Numbered from the stretch's first letter, positions 39,059 through 49,777 are shown. The stretch: 64,000 nt of DNA from an uncultured Actinomycetes bacterium (GCA_963744065.1 CAVUSN010000017.1:18496-82495); one strand, 5' to 3'. The notes: generated by a model not told the origin, from the sequence alone. Translations and numbers: made by a program.

Positions 39059-39532
39059 GTGTCCGAGCTGCATCCCACGACCGCCCGCCTGGCCGCCCGC
39101 CTGGCCGAGCTCGGCCTCCAGGTCGAGGTGCGCCAGCTGCCCGACTCGACCCGCACCGCCAGCGAGGCTGCGGCCGCCTGCGGCTGCCAGCTGGGCCAGA
39201 TCGTCAAATCTCTGGTCTTCAGCGGCCCAGACGGGCCGCTGCTGGTGCTGTGCGCGGGTGACCGCCGAGTGGACACGGGTGCGCTGGGCGAGGGCGTGGC
39301 CATGATGCCGCCGGCCGAGGTGCGAGCGGTCACCGGGTTCGCCATCGGCGGCGTCCCCCCGCTGGGCCACGACCGGCCGCTGGAGACCGTGATCGACGCA
39401 TCGCTCGGCCGCTTCGAGACCGTGTGGTGTGCGGCCGGCACGCCGTCCAGCGTGTTCGAGGTGGCCACCGCCGAGCTGATCCGGGCGACCGCCGGCGATG
39501 TCCGCGAAGTCGCCGCCCAGAGCACCACCTAG
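39059..39532 (+). CDS. YbaK/EbsC-family aminoacyl-tRNA editing (deacylase) domain protein
   Basis: ..TRTASEAAAACGCQLGQIVKSLVF......LVLCAGDRRVD......VTGFAIGGVPPLGH. is the YbaK/ProX-type pattern. GTG start. Confidence 0.7.
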   Translation: MSELHPTTARLAARLAELGLQVEVRQLPDSTRTASEAAAACGCQLGQIVKSLVFSGPDGPLLVLCAGDRRVDTGALGEGVAMMPPAEVRAVTGFAIGGVPPLGHDRPLETVIDASLGRFETVWCAAGTPSSVFEVATAELIRATAGDVREVAAQSTT

Positions 39533-39541
39533 ACTGACCGC

Positions 39542-40273
39542 ATGCCCGGCACCTACAAGGCGCAGGCGGTGGTGCTGCGCTCCATGCGCTTCGCGGAAGC
39601 CGACCGCATCCTGCACCTGTACACGGCCGAGCGCGGCCGCGTGAACGCCATCGCCAAGGGCGTCCGCCGCACCGGCTCACGGTTCGGGGCGCGGCTTGAG
39701 CCCTACACCCACGCGGCGCTCATGCTGCACGAGGGACGGGGCGAGCTGCACACCGTCTCGGGGGCCGACATCGTCCGTTCGCATGCCGCCCTGCGCACCC
39801 GGCCGCAGTCGGTCGAGGTGGCCGCCATCGGCGCCGAGGCGATGCTCAAGCTGCACGTGGAGCCCGAGCCGCAGCCGCAGGTGTTCGCCGGCCTGGGCCG
39901 CTTCCTGGACGTGCTGGACGATCACGAGGTGCAGGGCGATCCGGCGCTCGACCCGGTCGGCCTGGGATTCCAGCTCAAGTTGCTGCTGCTGGCCGGGTAT
40001 CTGCCGCACCTGACGGCCTGCGCGGGCTGCGGGTCGGATGGCCCGCTGGTCGGCTACTCGGCGGCGGTCGGCGGCGCGGTGTGCGACGCCTGCCAGGAGG
40101 CACACGGCGGGTTCGCCATGAGCGGCGAGGGACTGGCCGCGACCGAGGCCCTGGTCTCCCACCCGCTGGGGGAGCCCAGGCTGGCCGAACGCCAGGCTCG
40201 GGAGGCGCTTCGGGTCGTCGAGCAGAGCTACGAGTTCCACGGCGGGTTTCGCCTGCGCACGCTGCGGGCCTGA
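39542..40273 (+). CDS. recO: DNA repair protein RecO
   Basis: ..KAQAVVLRSMRFAEADRILHLYTAERGRVNAIAKGVRR..SRFGARLEP.., plus the C-terminal Cys cluster CAGCG....CDAC. Confidence 0.85.
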   Translation: MPGTYKAQAVVLRSMRFAEADRILHLYTAERGRVNAIAKGVRRTGSRFGARLEPYTHAALMLHEGRGELHTVSGADIVRSHAALRTRPQSVEVAAIGAEAMLKLHVEPEPQPQVFAGLGRFLDVLDDHEVQGDPALDPVGLGFQLKLLLLAGYLPHLTACAGCGSDGPLVGYSAAVGGAVCDACQEAHGGFAMSGEGLAATEALVSHPLGEPRLAERQAREALRVVEQSYEFHGGFRLRTLRA

Positions 40274-40312
40274 GTCGAGCCCGGCGGCCGTCCTGATAGC
40301 TTGGGCGCGCCG

Positions 40313-41160
<848 letters not shown>

Positions 41161-41168
<8 letters not shown>

Positions 41169-43098
41169 CCTGCTGGTCGAGATCGGCTGCGAGGAACTGC
41201 CGGCGGCGGCCTGCCGGGAGGCGGCCAGGCAGCTGCCCGATCTGATTGAAAAGCAGCTCGCGGGGGTGCGGTTTCCGGCCGAGACGGTGCGGGTGCATGT
41301 GGCTCCGCGGCGGATCGCCTGGATCGCGCAGGGGCTGGCCGCGCAGCGCGCCACTGAGGAGTTCCGGCGCCGCGGCCCGCGCGCCGACGCCCCGGCCGCC
41401 GCCCGCGAGGGGTTTGCCCGCAAGGCCGGTGTGGCGCTCGACCAGTTGGTCGAGGAGGACGGCTTCCTGGTCGCCGTCGAGCCGGCCGGCAGCGTCGCGC
41501 TCGAGCAGCTGGTGCCGGATCTGGTCCGAAATGTGGCGGACGGCATCCGCTTCGCCAAGTCGATGCGCTGGGAGGGTGGCCGCTTTTCGCGGCCGGTGCG
41601 CTGGCTGGTGGTCAAGCTTGACGCCGACGTGGTGCCTGTGACCGCCTTCGGCCTGACCGCCGGCGGCCGCTCGCGCGGGCTGCGCACGGCCGGGAAGGTC
41701 GAGATCGGGTCTGCCTCGAGTTATCTGGAGGACGTCCGCTCGGTGCGGGTCATGGCCGATCGCGGCGAACGCGAGCAGACGATCCGGGCCGGACTGGATG
41801 CCGTCGGCGGCTGGGACGACCCGCTGCACAAGCTGAGTGAGGTGGTCGACCTGGTCGAGTGGCCGACCGTGCTCGAGGGCGGTTTCGACCAACGCTTCCT
41901 GGAGCTGCCCGAGCGGGTGGTGGTGACGGCCATGCAGTCGCACCAGCGCTACTTCCCGCTGCGGGCCGACGGGCGGCTGGCGCCGCGTTTCCTGTTCGTC
42001 GCCAACGGCGGCGACCGCGAGCTGGTCATTCGCGGGAACCAGGACGTGCTGGCCGGCCGCCTGGCCGACGCCGAGTTCGCCTTCCGGGCCGACCTGGAGC
42101 GCGGGATCGCGGCCATGGCGGCGGAGCTCGATCGGGTCACCTTTCTGGAGGGCGGCGGCTCGCTGGCCGAGAAGACTGCCCGCGTGCGCGGGTTGGCCCA
42201 GCGGCTGGCCGCCAGGCTGGGCCTGGACGCGGCTGTGCAGGCCGCCGCGGCCCGGGCCGCCGAGCTGGCCAAGGCCGACCTCGTCTCGAACCTGGTGGGC
42301 GAGTTCGCCGACCTGGAGGGGTTTGCCGGCTCGGTCTACGCGCAGCGCGCGGGCGAGGACGCGGCGGTTGTGGAAGCGATCGCCGAGCACCACCTGCCGT
42401 ACGGCTTCGCCGGCCCGCAGCCGGCGTCCGAGGCGGCCGCCGTCGTGTCGGTGGCCGACAAGGCCGACACTCTGGCCACCGCCTTCGGGCTGGGCCTGGA
42501 GCCGACCGGCAGCCGTGACCCGTTCGGGCTGCGGCGGGCCGCCTCCGGGCTGGTGGCGGTGGTGCTGGAGCGGGGCTGGGATGTGGGCACCGCCGAGCTG
42601 GTGGGCGAGGGGGCGGTGGGCTTCGTACTCGACCGGGTGGAGGCGCTGCTGGCCGAGCAGGGGGTGAGCGTTGAGGAGCTGCGGGCGGCGCGCGGGGCCG
42701 GGCTGGCCGAGCCGGTGGCCGTGGCTGGGCTGGCCCGAGCCCTGCACGAGGCCGCCGGTCCCGCGCGCGACGCCCTGCGCGACGCCTACGGCCGCTGCCG
42801 GCGGATCGCCGCCGACGCGGACGCCTCCGACCTGGATCCGGCGGCGCTCGAGGAGCCGGCCGAGCTGGCGCTGGCCGACGCGGTGGCGGCCCTCGAGCAG
42901 CGCTTCGACGAGCTGGCCGGAGACCCGGCCGGCATGCTGGCGGCGGCCGCCGGACTGGTGGATCCGATCACGGCCTACTTCGACCAGGTGCTGGTGATGG
43001 CGCCCGATCCGGCCGTGCGCCGAAACCGGCTGGCGCTGGCCGCTGGCGCGGCCGCCTGTCTGCGCCGGGTCGGCGACCTGGATCAGCTCCCCGGCTAG
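41161..43098 (+). CDS. glyS: glycine--tRNA ligase beta subunit
   Basis: [15 protein letters not shown].. at ATG 41161 overlaps the glyQ end. ..TPRR.A....MRW......F.RP.RW..., ..[10 protein letters not shown].. and ..AIAEHY.P.. follow. It is a single uninterrupted frame within ORF 40456..43098. Confidence 0.9.
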
Positions 43099-43103
43099 CG
43101 ACA

Positions 43104-43135
43104 GGCCGGTGCCACCCAGGTGCCTGGCACCGGCC
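43104..43135 (+). terminator. 32-nt palindromic hairpin after glyS (copy 1 of a shared palindrome)
   Basis: ggccggtgccacccaggtgcctggcaccggcc has an 11-bp outer stem. It differs at 3 central positions from the copy at 47591-47622 and starts 5 nt after the glyS stop. Confidence 0.55.
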
Positions 43136-43156
43136 GTGATCCTCTAGGATCAGGCC

Positions 43157-43993
43157 GTGCCCGACGTGCTCGAGATCCACATCGTCTCCGACTCCACGGG
43201 CGACACCGCGGCCCGGGTGGCCCGCGCCGCGACCCACCAGTTCGCGGACGTTGAGATCGAGCTCATCCGGCACGCCCGCATCCAGAGCCGCGAGCAGCTC
43301 GACCGCGCGCTGGAGGACGCCGAGGGCAAGCTGGCGGCGATCTTCTACACGCTGGTCGACGGGGGTCTGCGGGAGGCGATCGTGGAGATCGGCCAAGCCC
43401 GCCGGCTGGTGCTGCTGGACGTGCTCAGCCCGGCGCTCTCGGCCATCAGCGCGGCATCCGGCCGCCAGGCCACCATGCTTCCCGGCCGCACCGCCCCGCT
43501 GGACGCGCAGTACTTCCGCCGCATCGCCGCCATCGAGTTCGCGGTCAAGCACGACGACGGCCGCGGCCCGCACGAGCTGGCGCATGCCGACGTCGTGCTG
43601 GTGGGGGTGTCGCGCACCTCCAAGACCCCCACCTCGATGCACCTCGGCTACCTGGGCTACATGGCCGCCAACGTGCCCATCGTGCGCGGCATCGACCCGC
43701 CGCCGGCGCTCTTCTCGGTGGAGCCGTGGAAGGTGGTGGGCCTGACCATCGACCCCCAGCGGCTGGCCGAGATCCGCCGCCGCCGGGTGCGCGCGCTGGC
43801 CGCCGGCGCCAATGCCCGCTACGCCGATCTGACCGAGATCTACGAGGAGCTGGAGCTTGCCGGCGTCCTGCACAAGCGGCTCGGCTGCCCAGTGATCGAC
43901 GTCACCGGCCTGGCCATCGAGGAGGCCGCAGCCCGCGTGGCCGAACTGGTGGACGAGCGCCGGCGGGCCGCGCTGGAAGGCGTCACGGCCTGA
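43157..43993 (+). CDS. pyruvate,phosphate dikinase / PEP synthase regulatory protein (PDRP, DUF299)
   Basis: ..IHIVSDSTGDTA..VVLVGVSRTSKTPTSMHL...G...ANVP.V are the P-loop-like motifs of bifunctional PDRP kinases. It is immediately upstream of ppdK. GTG start. Confidence 0.85.
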   Translation: MPDVLEIHIVSDSTGDTAARVARAATHQFADVEIELIRHARIQSREQLDRALEDAEGKLAAIFYTLVDGGLREAIVEIGQARRLVLLDVLSPALSAISAASGRQATMLPGRTAPLDAQYFRRIAAIEFAVKHDDGRGPHELAHADVVLVGVSRTSKTPTSMHLGYLGYMAANVPIVRGIDPPPALFSVEPWKVVGLTIDPQRLAEIRRRRVRALAAGANARYADLTEIYEELELAGVLHKRLGCPVIDVTGLAIEEAAARVAELVDERRRAALEGVTA

Positions 43994-43998
43994 CAGGA

Positions 43999-44257
43999 AG
44001 ATGATTGATCGGTAACCCCTGCAGTGTCCTGGGCGGCGAGAACCGAGCTTGCGAAGGACGCAGGGAGCGATGCGGGCTGGTGGCCCGGGCGCGACCGAGG
44101 ACGCAGGCGCAAGGCTTCGCCTTGCGCCGATCGGGAGCGATCCGCTATCCAGCGGATCGCGGACGGGGCGATGGTTCGCAGCCGCAGCCCCGCCGCACTA
44201 CGCCGTGCGTACGACGGTCGTACGGCCAGGTGCGCTGGGGTTACCGATCAATCATCT
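43999..44257 (+). other. 259-bp hairpin-dense element closed by a perfect 21-bp inverted repeat (candidate structured RNA or MITE-like insert)
   Basis: agatgattgatcggtaacccc (43999-44019) is the exact reverse complement of ggggttaccgatcaatcatct (44237-44257). There are internal perfect hairpins at 44106-44128 (10 bp, loop ttc) and 44137-44160 (10 bp, loop atcc), and a palindrome at 44208-44224. Confidence 0.8.
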
Positions 44258-44318
44258 CAACGTCCGGTTTCGACGGTTTCGGGTGGCGCGCCGGGCGGGC
44301 GGCAGTAGAGTGCCGGCT

Positions 44319-46863
44319 GTGCCGGAGTATGTGTACGAGTTCGCTCGCGGTGATCGTGGGATGCGCGAGCTGCTGGGAGGCAAGGGCGCCAATCTGGCCG
44401 AGATGACGGCCATCGGGCTGCCCGTCCCAGACGGCTTCACGATCACCACCCACGCCTGCATGGAGTTTCTGCGGGGCGGCGAACGCTGGCCCGACGGCAT
44501 GCGCGAGCAGGTGGACACGGCGCTCACCGAGCTGGAGGCCCGGGTGGGCAAGAAGTTCGGCGGCGGAGACGACCCGCTGCTCCTGTCGGTGCGTTCGGGC
44601 TCGCCGGTGTCGATGCCCGGCATGATGGACACGATCCTGAACCTGGGTCTGAACGACACCGCCGTCGCCAGGCTAGCCGACGCCACCGGCGACCGCCGGT
44701 TCGCACTCGACTCCTACCGCAGGTTGATCGCCATGTTCGGCAACGTGGTGGCGGGCGCGCACGCCAGCCGCTTCGAGGACAGGCTGACCCGGCTCAAACA
44801 CGCTCGCGGGGCCGAGAGCGACGTCGACCTGGGCGCCGACGACCTGGACGAGCTGGTGACGCAGTTCAAGGACGTCTACGAACGCGACACCGGCGAGCCC
44901 TTTCCGCAGGATCCGCGGGCCCAGCTGACGCGCGCCATCGAGGCCGTGTTCCGCTCCTGGAACACGCCGCGCGCGATCGCCTATCGACGCCGTGAGCAGC
45001 TCTCCGACGACATGGGCACGGCCGTCAACGTGCAGCAGATGGTGTTCGGCAACGTGGGCGAGAACTCCGGCACCGGTGTTGCCTTCACCCGCAACCCGTC
45101 CACCGGGGCGCCCGGCCCGTACGGCGAGTTCCTGGTCAAGGCGCAGGGCGAGGACGTGGTCTCGGGCGTGCGCACGGCGCCCCCGCTGACCGAGCTGGAG
45201 CGGCTGCACCCCGAAGCCTTCAAGCAGCTGGTCGGAGTGATGGACCAGCTGGAGCGCCACTACGGCGACATGCAGGACGTCGAGTTCACGGTCGAGCGCG
45301 GCCACATGTACATGCTGCAGACGCGCAGCGGCAAGCGCGACCCGCGGGCCGCCCTGCGGATCGCTCTGGATCTGGTGGACGAGGGAGTGACCGACCGCAG
45401 CAGCGCGCTGCGGCACGTGGACGCGCAAGCAGCTGGAGAACGTGCTGCGGCCGACCGTCAGCCCGCGTGACCACCATCCGGTGATCGCAACCGGCCTGCC
45501 GGCCTGCGCCGGCGCAGCGGTGGGTGTGGCCGTGTTCGACTCCGCGTCGGCGCAGGAGCGCGCTGAGGCGGGCGAGCAGGTGATCCTGATCCGGGCCGAG
45601 ACGTCAGCCGAGGACGTGCCCGGGATGGCCCGCTCGGCCGGCGTGGTCACCTCTCGCGGCGGCATGACCTCGCACGCCGCGGTGGTGGTGCGCGGCTGGG
45701 GCACGCCGTGCGTGGTGGGGGCCGAGTCGCTGCACATCGACGCCGCCACCCGCGAGGCCCGCTCGAACGGCCATGTCGTGCACGAGGGCGACACCGTGAC
45801 CGTGTCGGTGACCGACGAGGTGGGCCGCGTGATCCTGGGCGCGGCCGAGCTGGTGCCGCCGCCGGCCGAGACGCTGGAGGGCCTGCGCACGATCACCGGC
45901 TGGGCCGACGAGGTGCGCACGCTGGGCGTGCGCGCCAACGCCGACACGCCGGCCGACGCCGCCCATGCCCGCGAGCTGGGCGCGGAGGGCATCGGCCTGT
46001 GCCGCACTGAGCACATGTTCTTCTCCGACCAGTGGCTGCCGGCCGTGCGGCGGATGATCATGGCCCACAGCGTGGAGGAGCGGCAGGTCGCCCTGGACGA
46101 GCTGCTGCCGCCCCACCAGGCCGACTTCGAGGGCATCCTGGAGGTCATGCACGGGCTGCCGGTGACGATCCGCCTGCTCGACCCGCCGCTGCACGAGTTC
46201 GTGCCCGACGTCAAGGAGCTGCACGAGGTGAACCCGATGCTGGGCACGCGCGGCTGCCGGCTGGGAGTGGTGCACCCGGAGATCTACGAGATGCAGGTGC
46301 GGGCGATCGTTCGCGCCGCCAAGGCCAAGCAGCACACCGGCGTGGAGATCATGCACCCGCTGGTCGGCTTCGCCAGCGAGCTGCGGCGGCTGCGCGAGCT
46401 GACCGAGCGGGTGATCGCAGAGGAGGACGGCGGCTCGCTGGGCATCCACATCGGCACCATGATCGAGGTGCCGCGGGCGGCGCTGACGGCCGACGAGATC
46501 GCCGTCTACGCGGAGTTCTGCAGCTTCGGCACCAACGACCTGACTCAGATGACGCTGGCATTCAGCCGCGACGACGCCGAGAACGGCTTCCTGCCGTACT
46601 ACCTGGACGCGCGCCTGCTGCCGGTCAGCCCGTTCGAGACGCTCGACCAGACCGGCGTCGGCCAGCTGGTCGAGATGGCGGTCGAACGGGCGCGCAAGGC
46701 TCGGCCCGGCATCAAGCTGGGCGTGTGCGGGGAGCATGGCGGCGACCCCAACTCGATCGGGTTCTTCCACCGCGTGGGGCTTGACTACGTCTCCTGCTCG
46801 CCGAATCGGGTGCCAACCGCACGGTTGGCGGCCGCCCAGGCTGTGCTGGAGAGCGGCGCTTGA
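44319..46863 (+). CDS. ppdK: pyruvate, phosphate dikinase (one frameshift ~45425-45440)
   Basis: (V)PEYVYEFARGDRGMRELLGGKGANLAEM..GLPVPDGFTI..MPGMMDTILNLGLND..FTVERGHMYMLQTRSGKR, then ..LRPTVSP...IATGLPA..GAA.G...F..GGMTSHAAVVVRGWG.PCV.G..GLCRTEHMF..FSFGTNDLTQ..GVCGEHGGDP. The sequence passes from ORF 44049..45470 to ORF 45442..46863. Confidence 0.9.
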
Positions 46864-47588
46864 GGATCGATGTCGCGTTCACACCCGGCGAGTCGGCACC
46901 GGGTGCTGTCGCCATCGTGGTCGACGTCCTGCGCGCCACCACCACCATCACCTATGCGCTCGAGCACGGGTACCAGCGGGTGCTGGCCTGCGGGGAGCTG
47001 GAGCAGGCCCGCGGGCTGGCCGGCCGGCTGGGCGACGGCGCCGTGCTGGCGGGCGAGCGGCAGTGCGTGAAGCCGGAGGGATTCGACCTTGGCAACTCGC
47101 CGCAGGAACTGATCGACGCCGGGCCGCTGGGGACCACCCTGGTGCTGTCGACCACCAACGGCACGCGCGCGATCGTGGCCGCCGCCCAGCACGCCCCGAC
47201 CGTGCTGGTCGGCAGCCTTGCCAACCTGACCGTCTGCGCGGCCGCCGCCGCCCGGGTGGCCCGCGAGGCGGGCGGCCAGGTGCTGGTGCAGTGCGCCGGC
47301 GTCAAGGGCGAGTTCACCATGGACGACGCCTACACGGCCGGTCGCTTCGTGGCCGAGCTGGCGGTGTGGCTGGCGGAGTGGGAGCGCACCGACGCGGCGC
47401 ACGCCGCCGAGCGTCTGGCGGCCGGCTTCGAGAGCGCGGGTGATGGCCTGGCCGCGTCAAAGAGCGCGCGCAACCTGCGTGCCGCCAACCTGTATGACGA
47501 TGTTCGCATGTGCGCCCGCGAGAACGTGCTGGAGGTGGTCGGCCGGGTGCAGGACGTGGATGCCGGGGTGGCGCTCGTCACCGTCTGA
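46860..47588 (+). CDS. comB: 2-phosphosulfolactate phosphatase family protein (ComB-like)
   Basis: ..VVDVLRATTTI..GER......GFDLGNSP......STTNGT.A...., a ComB-family pattern. The TTG start overlaps the ppdK stop. Confidence 0.7.
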   Translation: MRIDVAFTPGESAPGAVAIVVDVLRATTTITYALEHGYQRVLACGELEQARGLAGRLGDGAVLAGERQCVKPEGFDLGNSPQELIDAGPLGTTLVLSTTNGTRAIVAAAQHAPTVLVGSLANLTVCAAAAARVAREAGGQVLVQCAGVKGEFTMDDAYTAGRFVAELAVWLAEWERTDAAHAAERLAAGFESAGDGLAASKSARNLRAANLYDDVRMCARENVLEVVGRVQDVDAGVALVTV

Positions 47589-47590
47589 GA

Positions 47591-47622
47591 GGCCGGTGCC
47601 AGGCACGTGCCTGGCACCGGCC
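47591..47622 (+). terminator. 32-nt perfect palindrome after comB (copy 2 of the shared palindrome)
   Basis: ggccggtgccaggcac|gtgcctggcaccggcc has 16-nt perfectly complementary arms. It starts 2 nt after the stop codon. Confidence 0.6.
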
Positions 47623-47673
47623 TAGCCGGTTGGCGGCTCTCAATCCTTTCCGGGTAGGGTCACCTGGGCCATC

Positions 47674-49725
47674 ATGCGCACCTCCCAACGCCGTAGAGCA
47701 CGTCGCATCCGGCGCCGCCGGATCGGTCTGGCGCTGGCCGTCGGCCTGGCCGCGGCCGCCGGCGCGCTGGCGCTCACACGCGGCAACGACGAGCCGCACG
47801 CCAACGCCGCCCAGACCCAGCCCGGCACCAGCCAGCCATCCGGCGCGGCCAGCACGACAACCAACTCGCCTCCGCCCTCGGTTCGCCGGCGGCTGCGCGC
47901 GCAGCTGGCCGGGCGGCTGCCGGTGGCGGTGCAGGATCCCGCCGTCGCCGCCCTGGGCGGCACGGTGTATGCCTTCGGCGGCCTGGAGGCGTCTGGCGCT
48001 TCCTCCGCCCAGGTGGTGCGTCTGAGCGGCGGCCGCGTCCACACCCTGGCGCCGCTTCCCACGGCGCTTCACGATTCCGCAGCGGCCGCGCTGGGCGGAC
48101 AGCTGTACGTGCTGGGCGGGGGCCAGTCGGCCAGCTATTCGGGCATCGGCCGGTATTCGCCGACCGCCGGCTCCACGAAGCTGGTGGGGGCTCTGCCCAC
48201 ACCGCTCTCCGATCTGGCGGTGGCCAGCATGGGGCACACCGCCTACGTGGTCGGCGGGTTCACGGGCAGCCAGTTCTCCGACCGCATCCTGGCCTACACC
48301 GGCGGCGCCGCGGCCCGGCCGGTCGGGCGGCTGCCGCAGGGCCTTCGTTACGCGGCGGTGGCGGCTCTGGGCGGACGCGTTGTGATCGCCGGCGGACGCA
48401 CCGTGAGCGGCCCCTCAAGCGCCATCCTGGCCTTCGACCCGACCTCCGGCAGGGTGCGCCGGCTGGGCACACTGCCGCAGCCGCTGATGCACGCGCAGGC
48501 GGCCGTGCTGGGCGGCGTCATGTACGTGGTGGGCGGGATCACCGCCTCCGGCCAGCCCACAGATCGGGTGCTCGCGATCTCTCCTGCGGGCCGGGCGCGC
48601 GTTGTTGGCCGGCTGCCGCGGCGGCTGTCAGATGCTGGCGTCGCGGCCACGTCCACCGGCCTGGTGGTGGTCGGCGGCTGGGACGGGTCCGGCCAGGTCG
48701 ACTCGGTGTGGTCGCTGCGCTGGGCCGCCGCCCCGGCGTCGAAGCCCAAGCATCACTCGAGCGGCGGAAAGCCGTCGCTGCCGGCCATGTTCAAGGGGCC
48801 GCTTCCGGGCGACCTGCTGATCGCCGACCGCGGCAACAACCGGATCCTGATCGTGAACCCGGCTCACCGCGTGCTGTGGCGGTTCCCCAAGCCGGGCTCC
48901 GGCGTCAGCCTGAACTTCGACGACGACACCTTCTTCACCCCGTCCGGGCGCCAGATCATCTCCAACGAGGAGGAGAACCAGGACATCATCAAGGTCACCT
49001 ACCCGGGCGGCCGGCTGGTGTACCGGTATGGGCATCCCGGTCAGCGGGGCTCCGCGCCCGGGTACATGAACACGCCCGACGACGCCTACGCGCTGCCCGG
49101 CGGGCGGGTGATCGTGGCCGACGCCTACAACTGCCGCGTGCTGGAGCTGCACGGGCAGCGGATCATCCGCATCCTCGGCCACACCGGGGTGTGCGTGCAC
49201 AACCCGCCGTACAGCTTCGGCGACATCAACGGCGACACGCCCATCCCTGGCGGCCAGGTGCTGGTGTCGGAGATCAATGGCGGCTACATCGACGACCTGA
49301 CGCTGTCCGGCCGGCTGGTGCACGTCTACCAGGCGCCGGTCAGCTACGCCTCGGACCCCCAGCTGACCCGGAACGGCAACATCATCGTGGCCGACTACAC
49401 GCGGCCGGGCGGGGTTGTCATCATCAACCGGCACAGCGGGCGGCTGATGTGGTCGTATCGGGTGGCGTCGGGGCCGGGCATGCTCGACCATCCCAGCCTG
49501 GCCGCCATGCTGCCCAACGGCGATGTCATCGTGGGCGACGACTTCAACGACCGGGTCGTGATCATCAACCCGCGGACGAAACGGATCGTGTGGCAGTACG
49601 GGCACGACGCGGTGGGCGGCACCGGGCCCGGCTACCTACATATCCCGGACGGGTTCCAGTTCATCCCCGTGCACCCGGACGGCAGCCCGGCTCCCGGCCT
49701 GATCTGGAAGACGCGGTTCAAGTAG
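47674..49725 (+). CDS. membrane-anchored protein with a Kelch-type propeller and a second NHL/ASST-like beta-propeller
   Basis: Arg-rich N-terminus plus TM (IGLALAVGLAAAAGALAL). Six repeats of the type A(A/V)AALGG.(V/L)YV(L/V)GG follow (Kelch-like). The C-terminal half has GDLLIADRGNNRILIVNP.., VIVADAYNCRVLEL, NIIVADYT..GGVVIINR and VIVGDDFNDRVVIINP (NHL-like blades). Confidence 0.7.
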   Translation: MRTSQRRRARRIRRRRIGLALAVGLAAAAGALALTRGNDEPHANAAQTQPGTSQPSGAASTTTNSPPPSVRRRLRAQLAGRLPVAVQDPAVAALGGTVYAFGGLEASGASSAQVVRLSGGRVHTLAPLPTALHDSAAAALGGQLYVLGGGQSASYSGIGRYSPTAGSTKLVGALPTPLSDLAVASMGHTAYVVGGFTGSQFSDRILAYTGGAAARPVGRLPQGLRYAAVAALGGRVVIAGGRTVSGPSSAILAFDPTSGRVRRLGTLPQPLMHAQAAVLGGVMYVVGGITASGQPTDRVLAISPAGRARVVGRLPRRLSDAGVAATSTGLVVVGGWDGSGQVDSVWSLRWAAAPASKPKHHSSGGKPSLPAMFKGPLPGDLLIADRGNNRILIVNPAHRVLWRFPKPGSGVSLNFDDDTFFTPSGRQIISNEEENQDIIKVTYPGGRLVYRYGHPGQRGSAPGYMNTPDDAYALPGGRVIVADAYNCRVLELHGQRIIRILGHTGVCVHNPPYSFGDINGDTPIPGGQVLVSEINGGYIDDLTLSGRLVHVYQAPVSYASDPQLTRNGNIIVADYTRPGGVVIINRHSGRLMWSYRVASGPGMLDHPSLAAMLPNGDVIVGDDFNDRVVIINPRTKRIVWQYGHDAVGGTGPGYLHIPDGFQFIPVHPDGSPAPGLIWKTRFK

Positions 49726-49777
49726 GACGACGACGCTTCGAGCGACTCGGATCCGCTGAAGCGCGGTCCATACTTGG

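Noticed and set aside
43999-44257. Retron msr/msd interpretation of the inverted-repeat element (a1/a2-like flanking repeats)
   Set aside because: No reverse transcriptase gene follows; ppdK is immediately downstream. I cannot identify the conserved branching-G context. The retron idea is kept only as a remote possibility.
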